From a virus: 64,000 bases of DNA. Under the pieces are notes generated by a model. The model had not been told where the DNA came from, did no database searches, and saw only the letters and a list, made by a program, of their open reading frames with translations. Position 1 is the stretch's first letter. Every line of letters starts with the position of its first letter. Made by a program: the position numbers and the translations under genes. Of the stretch, positions 9,901 through 17,614 are shown piece after piece. The stretch covers positions 1-64,000 of IMG/VR virus record IMGVR_UViG_3300037488_003551; one strand, given 5' to 3'.

Positions 9901-12319
9901 TCTAAATGCGGGACAGGCTGGAATAGTTATTGATAGCGCTTTGAAAGCAGCAGGTCACCAGACCGGATGGAGTCGAGATAAACAAGGAGACGGGACGGAT
10001 ACCTGTGTAGTCTCCTCGCGTCAACTTGCGGACGACTTACAGCGCCTGGCCCTCCATGCCGGGTATTCAGCCAATATCGTTGTCCATACGGTAAAACGTC
10101 CGCTTTATACCAAGCGTTACTCGTTACGTTTTTTACGTAAGCGGAGTTTTCCCATCATCAATAACCCGCGGAGTAACAAAAAAAATACGAGGGTAATAGA
10201 TTCTAAAGCTCCTGTGTTCGGAGTAACGATTCCTAACCACACCCTCTACGTGCGCGTCAACGGAAAGCCTGTGTGGTCGGGCAACTCTGGAAGGTACGGG
10301 AACAAGGGCGTGGTCTCGGAGATTGTTCCAGACGACCAGATGATTAAGGACGAGGCTGGAAAGCCCGTCGATGTTCTTCTTACTTCAGCCGGCGTCGTCT
10401 CGCGCGTTAATCCGGCACAGATTATTGAGACTGCTGTAGGTAAGGTCGTAGAGAAGACGGGAAAACCAATTATCGTAGAGAATTTTACCGGTAGGGATAA
10501 CGTCCAGTGGGCCAAAGACCTCTTAAAAGAGCATGGCGTAAAAGATAAAGAGACCGTATTCGACCCGCGGTCAGGTAAAAATATTCCTAATGTTTTTGTG
10601 GGTCGGCAATATATCTTTAAGATGTTCAAATCCACAGATACAAACTACAGCGCTCGCGGTGTGGATACTTACGATGCGAATATGCAGCCTACGAAGGGCG
10701 GTAAAGAGAGTGCGAAGGCCATCGGAAAGATGGAGTTCGACGCGCTTGTTGCCCACAACGCTCGCAATGTATTAAGAGAATCCTCTGTTTTGAAGAGCCA
10801 AAAAAATGACGAGTACTGGAGGGCGTTGCAGCTCGGGTATCCTACTCCTCCACCCAAGACTTCTTTTGCGTCTGACAAGTTTTTCAATATGCTGACGGGA
10901 GCGGGTGTTCGTGTAGACCGCTCGGGTTCGAAGATAGGGCTCGCACCCCTCACAGATTCGGACGTCATGGAGATGTCGGCGGGAGAAGTGAAGGACGCAA
11001 AGCTTGTCAGCTCTAAAAATCTGATGCCGGAAAAAGGAGGCCTATTCGACCCCGCCGTTACGGGTGGAATGAAAGGGACGAAGTGGTCCCATATTTCGCT
11101 GGCCGAGCCTATTATCAATCCCATTTTCAAAGAGCCGACGCGCCGGCTTCTGGGAATGACCGAGTCACAACTAGATACGACAGTGCGAACAAAAGGTATT
11201 GGGTACGTTCGGGACGAGCTCGCAAAAATTGATATCGTTAAACGCGAGAAGGATATGCTCGACGCGGCTAATACGCGTAAGGGAACCCCTCTCGATGACG
11301 CGACTAAGCAGATAAAATATCTGCGTGCGTTGAAGGCTCAAAATCTCACGCCGGATAAGGCCTATATCTCGAGTGTCATCCCTATTCTTCCTCCTATCTT
11401 CCGTCCGGTTCTTCCTGGAAAAGGTGGGCAGGAGCTTATTTACGGGGATATTAATCCTCTCTACAGGGATTTGGTGTACGTAAATAATCAGTTTAAAGAG
11501 CTGAAGAAGTTTGGAAAACTCCCTGAGGAAGAAGCCAAGCTTCGAGGGACGCTGCAGGACGCGGTGGGAGCGGTGTATGGAGTCAATGACCCCATTACAC
11601 AGAAGTCGAAGAGCCGTAATCATAAAGGCTTCCTGACCTATATCGCAGGGCAGGGAAGTCCGAAATACGGATACGTTCACTCGAAGCTTTTAAAGAAGCA
11701 ACAAGACCTGGCGGGGCGTGGAACGATTGTCCCAGATACGACCTTGGGAATGGACGAAGTAGGTCTTCCCGAGAATATGATTTGGACGATGTACAAACCG
11801 TTCCTAATTACTCGGTTGGTGCAACAGGGATATCCGGCATTGCAGGCTAAGGAGATGGTCGACGATAAACATCCCGCAGCGCGTGAGGCGATGATGCGCG
11901 AAACACGTGAGCGTCCAGTTATGATCAACCGCGCTCCGACGTTGCATCGATATAGTATCGTGGGTGCTTATCCGATTCCTGTAGCAGGTAAAACAATTAG
12001 GATAAATCCTTTTACAGAAGTGGGCCTGGGCGCTGATTTTGATGGTGACGCGATAACAATTCACACTCCATCAGGTATTAATGCGATTGAAGACGTAAAA
12101 CGAATGACGCTTTCAAACACGCTCTACACGGATAAAGCTCGCGGTGACTTGTTAGTTGCACCCCAAATGGAAGCAGTCATGGGTCTGGCCCAAGCGACCG
12201 CCACACAATCCACGGGACATGCAAAGGTTTACAAAACCAAAGCAGAGGCAATGGCGGACTACAATTCAGGGAAGATAGGCCTTGGAACGAAGGTCACTAT
12301 TAAGGACCAGCAACTGTGA
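6965..12319 (+). CDS. Phage multisubunit RNA polymerase: beta subunit fused to the N-terminal (catalytic) half of beta'; contains an intein
   Basis: Beta motifs QTNP..R..LGEGG, RTPE, NRQLMGS..Q.QA, LALGKN, NSNDA, GDKL/SGRYGNKG, SRVN, GKMEFDAL; beta' motifs GLFDP, IPILPP..RP, GRGTIVP, NRAPTLHR, GADFDGD. ATG 6965 has a GAGGT SD. Confidence 0.95.
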   Translation: MKLIPILQNPNEKRERIRDKVIEGLTESFPITARNKIIEVTDVSFTPRDYTSNEQKMAILRGDSLFETAKGTVRIKDAKTDKVLDEAKNFTLARVPWFTPRHTLIVAGNEYSIANMVRPKPGVYARKRANGILEASFNTVGTSNFNVTMDPEKGEPELEYGSSKIPLYTILRASGISHDAIAKKWGSALANENQKRLEKNLPQHVDKLYRKVVPAYAILPDMTVDSKMEEVLARYKKATMDPKVNEKTLGTAYGHVTPDSLLDASAKVLNIFRNPEEVDDRDNLDFKSLRSVEDFFKERIQLDARDIGRRAAIKIENTPEVRKAMASGAFTPGLVKFITGSQLAAIPTQTNPMELIDTAVRVTSLGEGGISSERAIPMEARMIHPTQIGALDPVRTPESFRAGIDVRAALSAAHDKDGNIFVPMLDTKTGKQTYIRAGEIATSTVAFPQQVMKGKISALVNGRIATVQANKAQYQIPHSSVMYGPTSNLIPFMESLQGNRQLMGSKHQTQAISLVDREAPYVQVMSPSGKSFEHIMATVVNPTSPVAGTVEKVDGDYIYIRPNAKTAAETKPELVRVSYDTYLPMAAKTYLNHDVTVKAGDSVKAGDILAESNFTKDKTLALGKNLSVAYMPYYGANSNDAVVISSGAAKKLTSERLYKIVLPRDADIVFDRTKHKTYYGHTYGHDYYGGVDEEGVVKPGAKINGGEPVAFSLRKSTLTSDDILLGRLHKSLVRPFRDATQTWDHDHPGEVVDVVKTPKRIAITIKTQEPMQIGDKLCYTEDTEVLTTNGWKYISDISKEDICYTLDREGFIHLCRPTHFHAYNSADKLFLVRSQQVDLSVTLDHGQVVKKGEGNQLTPSHELLDKPFQLIRTGTWAPERAYDADDAWCALMGLYAVKGHTRIPELVQGTFEHVVEIFLREKLQEGEKLWLEGILGKLGMTDKSRIDDDILTINDPVLYAECRTLGDIVERRLPKSVFSLNAGQAGIVIDSALKAAGHQTGWSRDKQGDGTDTCVVSSRQLADDLQRLALHAGYSANIVVHTVKRPLYTKRYSLRFLRKRSFPIINNPRSNKKNTRVIDSKAPVFGVTIPNHTLYVRVNGKPVWSGNSGRYGNKGVVSEIVPDDQMIKDEAGKPVDVLLTSAGVVSRVNPAQIIETAVGKVVEKTGKPIIVENFTGRDNVQWAKDLLKEHGVKDKETVFDPRSGKNIPNVFVGRQYIFKMFKSTDTNYSARGVDTYDANMQPTKGGKESAKAIGKMEFDALVAHNARNVLRESSVLKSQKNDEYWRALQLGYPTPPPKTSFASDKFFNMLTGAGVRVDRSGSKIGLAPLTDSDVMEMSAGEVKDAKLVSSKNLMPEKGGLFDPAVTGGMKGTKWSHISLAEPIINPIFKEPTRRLLGMTESQLDTTVRTKGIGYVRDELAKIDIVKREKDMLDAANTRKGTPLDDATKQIKYLRALKAQNLTPDKAYISSVIPILPPIFRPVLPGKGGQELIYGDINPLYRDLVYVNNQFKELKKFGKLPEEEAKLRGTLQDAVGAVYGVNDPITQKSKSRNHKGFLTYIAGQGSPKYGYVHSKLLKKQQDLAGRGTIVPDTTLGMDEVGLPENMIWTMYKPFLITRLVQQGYPALQAKEMVDDKHPAAREAMMRETRERPVMINRAPTLHRYSIVGAYPIPVAGKTIRINPFTEVGLGADFDGDAITIHTPSGINAIEDVKRMTLSNTLYTDKARGDLLVAPQMEAVMGLAQATATQSTGHAKVYKTKAEAMADYNSGKIGLGTKVTIKDQQL
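9296..10285 (+). mobile_element. Intein (330 aa) with probable degenerate LAGLIDADG homing endonuclease domain
   Basis: Interrupts GDKL|SGRYGNKG; begins CYTEDTEVLT; block B VTLDH; ends VWSGN followed by Ser+1; internal LMGLYAVKG and LADDLQRLAL segments. Confidence 0.92.
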
Positions 12320-13785
12320 CAGATTCTCCGACCATCATCTCTGGAATTAAGAACATCACCAAACAGGATGTGATTGATTATTACAAAGACCCGATGGTGC
12401 GGGAAAACCTTTTGCGCGCTACCGGAGACAAGCCAGTCCTGACAGTGATGCAGCGTGAACCTGGGACGCCTATCTATCGGCGCTATGACAGGAAGAAGCA
12501 GCCCATCCTTTTGAACATGGACTCGCTGGACGACCTCGCTAAACAGCGTACCGTAGAGTTCCACGCTACACTGGGCGAGGGTACTCGAGAAATATGGGTA
12601 GACTTAGACCCAGGTGCGGCTGTATCCCCTGGAAATCTCAAGAGAACCGTTAAGCACGTCGATGACCTTTTGAAGAAGTTACCTGAGGTCAAAGATACCC
12701 GCATCGTCTTTTCAGGTGGGCGCGGCTACCATGTCCGGGCTGAACTCGAGAAAGAACTGAAGACGAACGCTGCCAAGAAGCTCCTACAGAAAACGCTGCA
12801 GCCTTTGTATGACTCGGGGTCGACGCTTGTCGACGTTCCTCCGAGAGGCAATCAGATACGGCTGGATACCTCGACGTTTCATCCAAAAGGGTCTCTGCGA
12901 GCTCCCTACTCTCTGAATGCGACAACTGGCCTTGTGGCGCTTCCCGTTGCGCGTGAGAAGCTAGATACATTCAATCCACAAGCCGATGCGAGTATAAAGA
13001 GCGTCCTCTCTCAAAAAGACATTGGAGAGTTTGCTCCGGGTATCCCTCGTGACCGTACGACGCAGTTGCTTCCGACAGCTTCAGGTAAAAACTGGACGTT
13101 GGCGGTGCAGAAGCACGTTGCGGATAAAGCAGGCCCGCATTGGGACCTTCGACTGGTAGACCCGGAGACACAGTATGCTCATTCTTGGGCTGTTCCTAAG
13201 GCTTCTTTTCCAGACAATAAGCCGCGTTTGGCGTTGCAGATGCCGACCCACAGCGCAGGCTACGCCCTTACTTTCGGGGAAAAAGGACCACAGAAAATTC
13301 AAGAGGGTTATGGCAAGGGAACTGTTGAGATGGCCCACAAAGAGCCGGTGCAGGTGTTAGAAGTCAACCCGAACAAGGTTGTATTCCAGCGCGGCTCCGG
13401 AGACACTCTGGCGATGCATCGAACGAGTGAGAATAAATGGTTGCTCCGAAAGGCGACGAACATGACTGAGAAGACTGCTTTTTACACTGCGGGTTATCGC
13501 ACTGCTCTTTTGAAGTTAGGTGTAGCGGTAACTAAGCCTGTTGGTATGCGGGGAAAAGAAATGTCCCATGGAGAAGGGAATCGTCCTCTTGAAAGTTCTG
13601 ACACGCATCTTCCCGCGGGGCAAGTGGCGATGATGTTCCAGGGTCTTCCGAACGCTAAGCGGCGTGGAGGCGGAGTCACTCTTGAAAATGTGCCTGCGGT
13701 GGGAGACAACAACGCTGAATGGGGTCCCGCACAAGATGTTATGCAATTCAACGGCGCCTCTCCTTATCTATCAGGACGCGAGTAA
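12316..13785 (+). CDS. LigD-like protein: AEP primase-polymerase domain plus 3'-phosphoesterase domain, no ligase domain
   Basis: AEP motifs VEFH, WVDLDPG, FSGGRGYHV, IRLD, APYSL; PE motifs VQKH.A...HWDLRL, SWAVPK, RLA...TH, YGKGTV. Confidence 0.9.
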   Translation: MTDSPTIISGIKNITKQDVIDYYKDPMVRENLLRATGDKPVLTVMQREPGTPIYRRYDRKKQPILLNMDSLDDLAKQRTVEFHATLGEGTREIWVDLDPGAAVSPGNLKRTVKHVDDLLKKLPEVKDTRIVFSGGRGYHVRAELEKELKTNAAKKLLQKTLQPLYDSGSTLVDVPPRGNQIRLDTSTFHPKGSLRAPYSLNATTGLVALPVAREKLDTFNPQADASIKSVLSQKDIGEFAPGIPRDRTTQLLPTASGKNWTLAVQKHVADKAGPHWDLRLVDPETQYAHSWAVPKASFPDNKPRLALQMPTHSAGYALTFGEKGPQKIQEGYGKGTVEMAHKEPVQVLEVNPNKVVFQRGSGDTLAMHRTSENKWLLRKATNMTEKTAFYTAGYRTALLKLGVAVTKPVGMRGKEMSHGEGNRPLESSDTHLPAGQVAMMFQGLPNAKRRGGGVTLENVPAVGDNNAEWGPAQDVMQFNGASPYLSGRE

Positions 13786-15587
13786 TGGCAGATCGAACTG
13801 ACACGTTTGGACGCTTACTGGTAAACGACCTGTTGCCAGAGGAGCATAAAGTCTCAGGACCAATAACGAAGAAATCTTTCTATAAGATGCTCGATACGAT
13901 GTCTCGAGAAACTCCAGATGTGTATATAAAAGTTGTTCCAGAATTAAAAAGACTTGGAGACCGCCTTGCCACGACTGAAGGTCTTTCCGTGGGGTTGGAC
14001 GATATCACCCCTGATTATAAAGATCGGAATTCTACCCTTGAACCTTTTGTTAAGCGTTTCGATGCGGCTAAAACAGATAAAATCCGTAGTCAAATAGCGG
14101 AAGAAGCGCACGGTAAAATGCAAGAAGTTGCGATGCGTAATCCGGGGACGATGACGATGCAGGTGCAGAGCGGCGCTCGTGGAAAGCCCGTTCAGTACAC
14201 ATCGATTATTTCTACTCCGACATACGCGCGTGATGGAAAAGGGAGTACTGAGCCGTGGCTCATCCGAAAATCTTATAGCGAAGGACTCTCGCCTGCTGAC
14301 AATTGGGTAGCAGGTAGTGAGGCTATTTTAAATACGATTAGCACTTATACCGCCGTCTCAGAGCCAGGTGAACTTGCAAAAGTGCTCGTAAGTAATATGA
14401 GCAATATCATCATAACCGAGGATGACTGTGGAACTACTAATGGTGTGTTTGTGTCTACTTTGTCTGCTACTGCTTTGGACCGGTACCTCGCAAAAGAAGT
14501 AGGTGGATTTAAACATAACACGCTTATAACATCTCTTAATCAATCCAAGCTTGCGAAGATTTCTCCGACCATTCTCGTACGCTCTCCGATGACCTGTGAA
14601 GCGGGGGATGGCGTTTGTCAAAAATGTCAGGGTCTAAATGAAAAGGGGAGCACGCACGACATCGGCACGAACGTAGGTGTGCGCGCGGCTCAGGCGATGG
14701 CGGAACCTCTCACGCAGTTTGCTCTCGGCGCCAAGCACGGTATTCGTACAGCTAAAGATGAGCGAATTAGAGTCAAAGGAATTCAAGGTCTTCGACAGAT
14801 TACGGAGTCTCCTCAGCAATTTATAAACAAGGCGACGCTCGCTCAATTGAACGGGACCGTGGAGCGTATTGCGGTGGCTCCTCAAGGCGGTCATTACGTT
14901 TTTGTGGGCGGACAGCAGCATTACGTGACGCCCAATTTAGACGTTATCGTTAAAGTTGGAAGTCCAGTTCAAGCGGGGGACGCTCTCAGTCAGGGCATAC
15001 CAAAGCCGGACGAAGTCGTACGCTTGAAGGGACTCGGAGTAGGGCGCCAGTACATGGTCGATACTTTGGCCGGTCTCTATAAAGACCAGGGTCGAGAATT
15101 AGACCAACGCCATTTTGAGCTCCTCGCCAAAGGTGAGCTCAATTATGTGCGCGTTTTGAAGGACCCGAGTCGGAATTTCATTCCTGGCGACGTTGTTAGT
15201 TACAATGTCCTGCGCAATGAATTGAAGAAGGGTACCAAAGTGATGCCCGTGGACGAGGCTGATGGTGAGACTTTAGGCAAGGCCTACTTTCATTTCTACT
15301 CAGGAACGCGCGTCACTCCGCAGATCCAAGCGTATCTCAAACAACAGGGAATCAAGGAAGTGGTCATAGCTCCCCGTGCGCCTGAAGTAGAATTCATCAT
15401 GAAAGCCGCCACCCGAGCACCCCTTTTGAATCCGGACTGGATGGCTCGTTTGGCTCATCGGAATCTGAAAACGACGGTGATGCAGGCCACGCACTTCGGA
15501 GAATCGTCAGATATTCATGGGACGCATCCTGTTCCGGCGTACATAACGGGCGTAGAATTCGGGCAAGGTCCAAAAGGAAAGTACTGA
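13785..15587 (+). CDS. RNA polymerase beta' C-terminal half (bridge helix, trigger loop, Zn site)
   Basis: SGARG, SYSEGLSP, EPGEL, ITEDDCGT, RSPMTC...VCQKCQG, VGVRAAQAMAEPLTQ..H, RHFELL; ATG overlaps the upstream TAA. Confidence 0.93.
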   Translation: MADRTDTFGRLLVNDLLPEEHKVSGPITKKSFYKMLDTMSRETPDVYIKVVPELKRLGDRLATTEGLSVGLDDITPDYKDRNSTLEPFVKRFDAAKTDKIRSQIAEEAHGKMQEVAMRNPGTMTMQVQSGARGKPVQYTSIISTPTYARDGKGSTEPWLIRKSYSEGLSPADNWVAGSEAILNTISTYTAVSEPGELAKVLVSNMSNIIITEDDCGTTNGVFVSTLSATALDRYLAKEVGGFKHNTLITSLNQSKLAKISPTILVRSPMTCEAGDGVCQKCQGLNEKGSTHDIGTNVGVRAAQAMAEPLTQFALGAKHGIRTAKDERIRVKGIQGLRQITESPQQFINKATLAQLNGTVERIAVAPQGGHYVFVGGQQHYVTPNLDVIVKVGSPVQAGDALSQGIPKPDEVVRLKGLGVGRQYMVDTLAGLYKDQGRELDQRHFELLAKGELNYVRVLKDPSRNFIPGDVVSYNVLRNELKKGTKVMPVDEADGETLGKAYFHFYSGTRVTPQIQAYLKQQGIKEVVIAPRAPEVEFIMKAATRAPLLNPDWMARLAHRNLKTTVMQATHFGESSDIHGTHPVPAYITGVEFGQGPKGKY

Positions 15588-15590
15588 AAA

Positions 15591-16088
15591 ATGTACCAGT
15601 ACGGATATAATGCGGCCCTGCATCAGTTGGGTTTAGAGAAGAACGCAGCTTTCTTTCCAGGAGCGGCAGCTCGATTCATGCCGAAACTCAAATCTTTTGG
15701 TAAGGCTGTCGGCACAAATCTTTTTGGACAACCTAAAAAGTTCGTAGGTGAGTTGCGGTCTGGAACGGCATTTGGTAAAGACAGTCTACTTGCAGAAGGA
15801 TTTAAAGCGCCAAAACTCTGGCAAAAAGCGCTCATGTATGGTCTTCCCGCGGCTTCAGCTGTTCAGACTTTGCGGAGTGATGACCCAGATAAAGCAGGGT
15901 CTATTGGAGGTTTAATCGGTGGTACAGCTTTAAGTACAGCTGCTTTTGGACCTTTTGGTATGCTAGGAGCGATACCTACAAGTATGGCAGGAGAATTTAT
16001 CGGTAAGCGTCTCGTACACGGTACGCAGCGTATATTGGGAGTTGGAAATCAACAGGCTCCGCAATATACTTCTTTGCAACAACGGTAA
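15591..16088 (+). CDS. Glycine-zipper putative internal-head protein with class A leader
   Basis: MYQYGYNAALHQLGLEKNAA; GGLIGG hydrophobic segment. Confidence 0.6.
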   Translation: MYQYGYNAALHQLGLEKNAAFFPGAAARFMPKLKSFGKAVGTNLFGQPKKFVGELRSGTAFGKDSLLAEGFKAPKLWQKALMYGLPAASAVQTLRSDDPDKAGSIGGLIGGTALSTAAFGPFGMLGAIPTSMAGEFIGKRLVHGTQRILGVGNQQAPQYTSLQQR

Positions 16089-16138
16089 CTATATGAGCCG
16101 TGGCACGTTTACCCGGCTACTGAAAGTGAGAAGACTGA

Positions 16139-16591
16139 ATGAATCCTGAACTCATTAAACAGGCGTACGCGTACGGTGCCGCGGTAGCTCTTCAGGAACT
16201 CGGCTTTAGTGCGCAACAAGCACAGGCAGGCGGAGTAAAGCTTGCTTCTGAGAAGATGGCTGAAGGCGAAGAAATGAAAGATCCTGCTCTGTGGCCTGCG
16301 GCTATGTTTGGACCTACGGGTGCAGCGATTGCTGCGCCTGAAGGCAAGAGGATGAGCGCCTTTGGACGTACACTAGGAGGTCAAACTCTTGGTATGCTTG
16401 GGGGCGGCGCTGTTGGTGGTGGTCTGGGTGCTGGTGTCGGTGCTCTAGCGGGACTTCTTAGCCGTGGAAAATTTAGACCAGGGCAAGGTGCTGCTCTTGG
16501 TGGATTGGGTGGTGGATATCTCGGTATGGGTGGCGGCGGTATGTACGGTGCGGCAAAGGGATATCAGAGCGCCCTAGACAAAGAGGAATAA
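16139..16591 (+). CDS. Glycine-zipper putative internal-head protein
   Basis: KQAYAYGAAVALQELG..KLASEKMA; long GxxxG arrays. Confidence 0.6.
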   Translation: MNPELIKQAYAYGAAVALQELGFSAQQAQAGGVKLASEKMAEGEEMKDPALWPAAMFGPTGAAIAAPEGKRMSAFGRTLGGQTLGMLGGGAVGGGLGAGVGALAGLLSRGKFRPGQGAALGGLGGGYLGMGGGGMYGAAKGYQSALDKEE

Positions 16592-16656
16592 AGAAGCGGT
16601 CTCGCTGGCGGTTTGATGTCGGGCGAGTGATTTATAAACACAAGGAGTTATGAAAA

Positions 16657-17532
16657 ATGGGTCTGTTCAAACAAGCACACGTCCGGGGAATCGCGCACGA
16701 ACTCATGAGAAGCGGCATCTTGACTTTCCCGTCGGAGAAGATGGCGGAAGATGTTGCCGACGAGGTCGCGGACAATTTCACGGATGAAGAGATTCCTGAG
16801 GAGTCTCCAGAAGATGGTCTGTCGGAAGAACAAGCTGCGTCCATTCTTGACCAGCTCGCCGCGGTGGCAGATGCCATTTCCGAGAAGACAGGTGGCGCTC
16901 GAGACCTCGGCGTGAACAAGCTCGCAGCTTCCGTTTCTTTGGAAGACGCGGCCTATGCGCATGCTGTCGCTCTCGTGAAGCGCGCGATGGAAGAGGGCAC
17001 GACCAATCCCGGTGAAGGGTCTGTGACTCCCGAGCTGACCGGCGCTGAGGCGCAGGTTGACGCGGTGAACAATCCGTCTTCGGCGGTTGTTGTTCCGCAG
17101 GGCTCTTCGGCCATCGACACCACCCCCGGTATCGTGGGACATGCCGAGCCGGCCGCGCAGCAACCTGGCACCAGCGCTTCGCCTGCTCCCGATTCCATGG
17201 CAGACGTCAAGGCCGCTTCCGAGCTGCTCCGCGTTCTGAAGAAGCTGTCGGAGGATGGAACTCTTCCCTCCGAGGGTGGTCGTATGGACCTGAACACCAA
17301 CTCGAACATCACGACTCCCGTGGTGGCTCAGGGTACGACCAACTCCACGACCCCGACTGAGCCCGTTCCGCAGAAGCCCCATCCAGCAACAGCGGAAGCT
17401 GGCCTGAATACGACCGGCAGCGCACCGGCTGACGTCGCGAAGGTCGCCGCGTTTCTGCAAACGCCAGAGGGTGTTGCGTTTTACCGGCGCTTCCAGGCCC
17501 AAAACAAGGTGGCTGCGGTAGTCAATCGCTAG
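16657..17532 (+). CDS. Acidic putative scaffold/internal head protein with multiple K-x-A sites
   Basis: KQA, KMA, KLA, KRA, KAA, KVA x2; GC3-rich codon usage like the capsid genes. Confidence 0.55.
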   Translation: MGLFKQAHVRGIAHELMRSGILTFPSEKMAEDVADEVADNFTDEEIPEESPEDGLSEEQAASILDQLAAVADAISEKTGGARDLGVNKLAASVSLEDAAYAHAVALVKRAMEEGTTNPGEGSVTPELTGAEAQVDAVNNPSSAVVVPQGSSAIDTTPGIVGHAEPAAQQPGTSASPAPDSMADVKAASELLRVLKKLSEDGTLPSEGGRMDLNTNSNITTPVVAQGTTNSTTPTEPVPQKPHPATAEAGLNTTGSAPADVAKVAAFLQTPEGVAFYRRFQAQNKVAAVVNR

Positions 17533-17614
17533 CCCTGGCTCTCCGCTCCTTTCCTCAATCGTAAAAAGAACGTACAATTCAAACGTTAACGTCTCGAAAA
17601 GGGAGTGCCAATCT

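Noticed and set aside
6965-15587. Cellular rpoB/rpoC operon (bacterial chromosome)
   Set aside because: Flanked by portal, capsid and tail genes; no ribosomal protein genes; non-cellular fusion/split and domain deletions. Gene symbols were therefore withheld.
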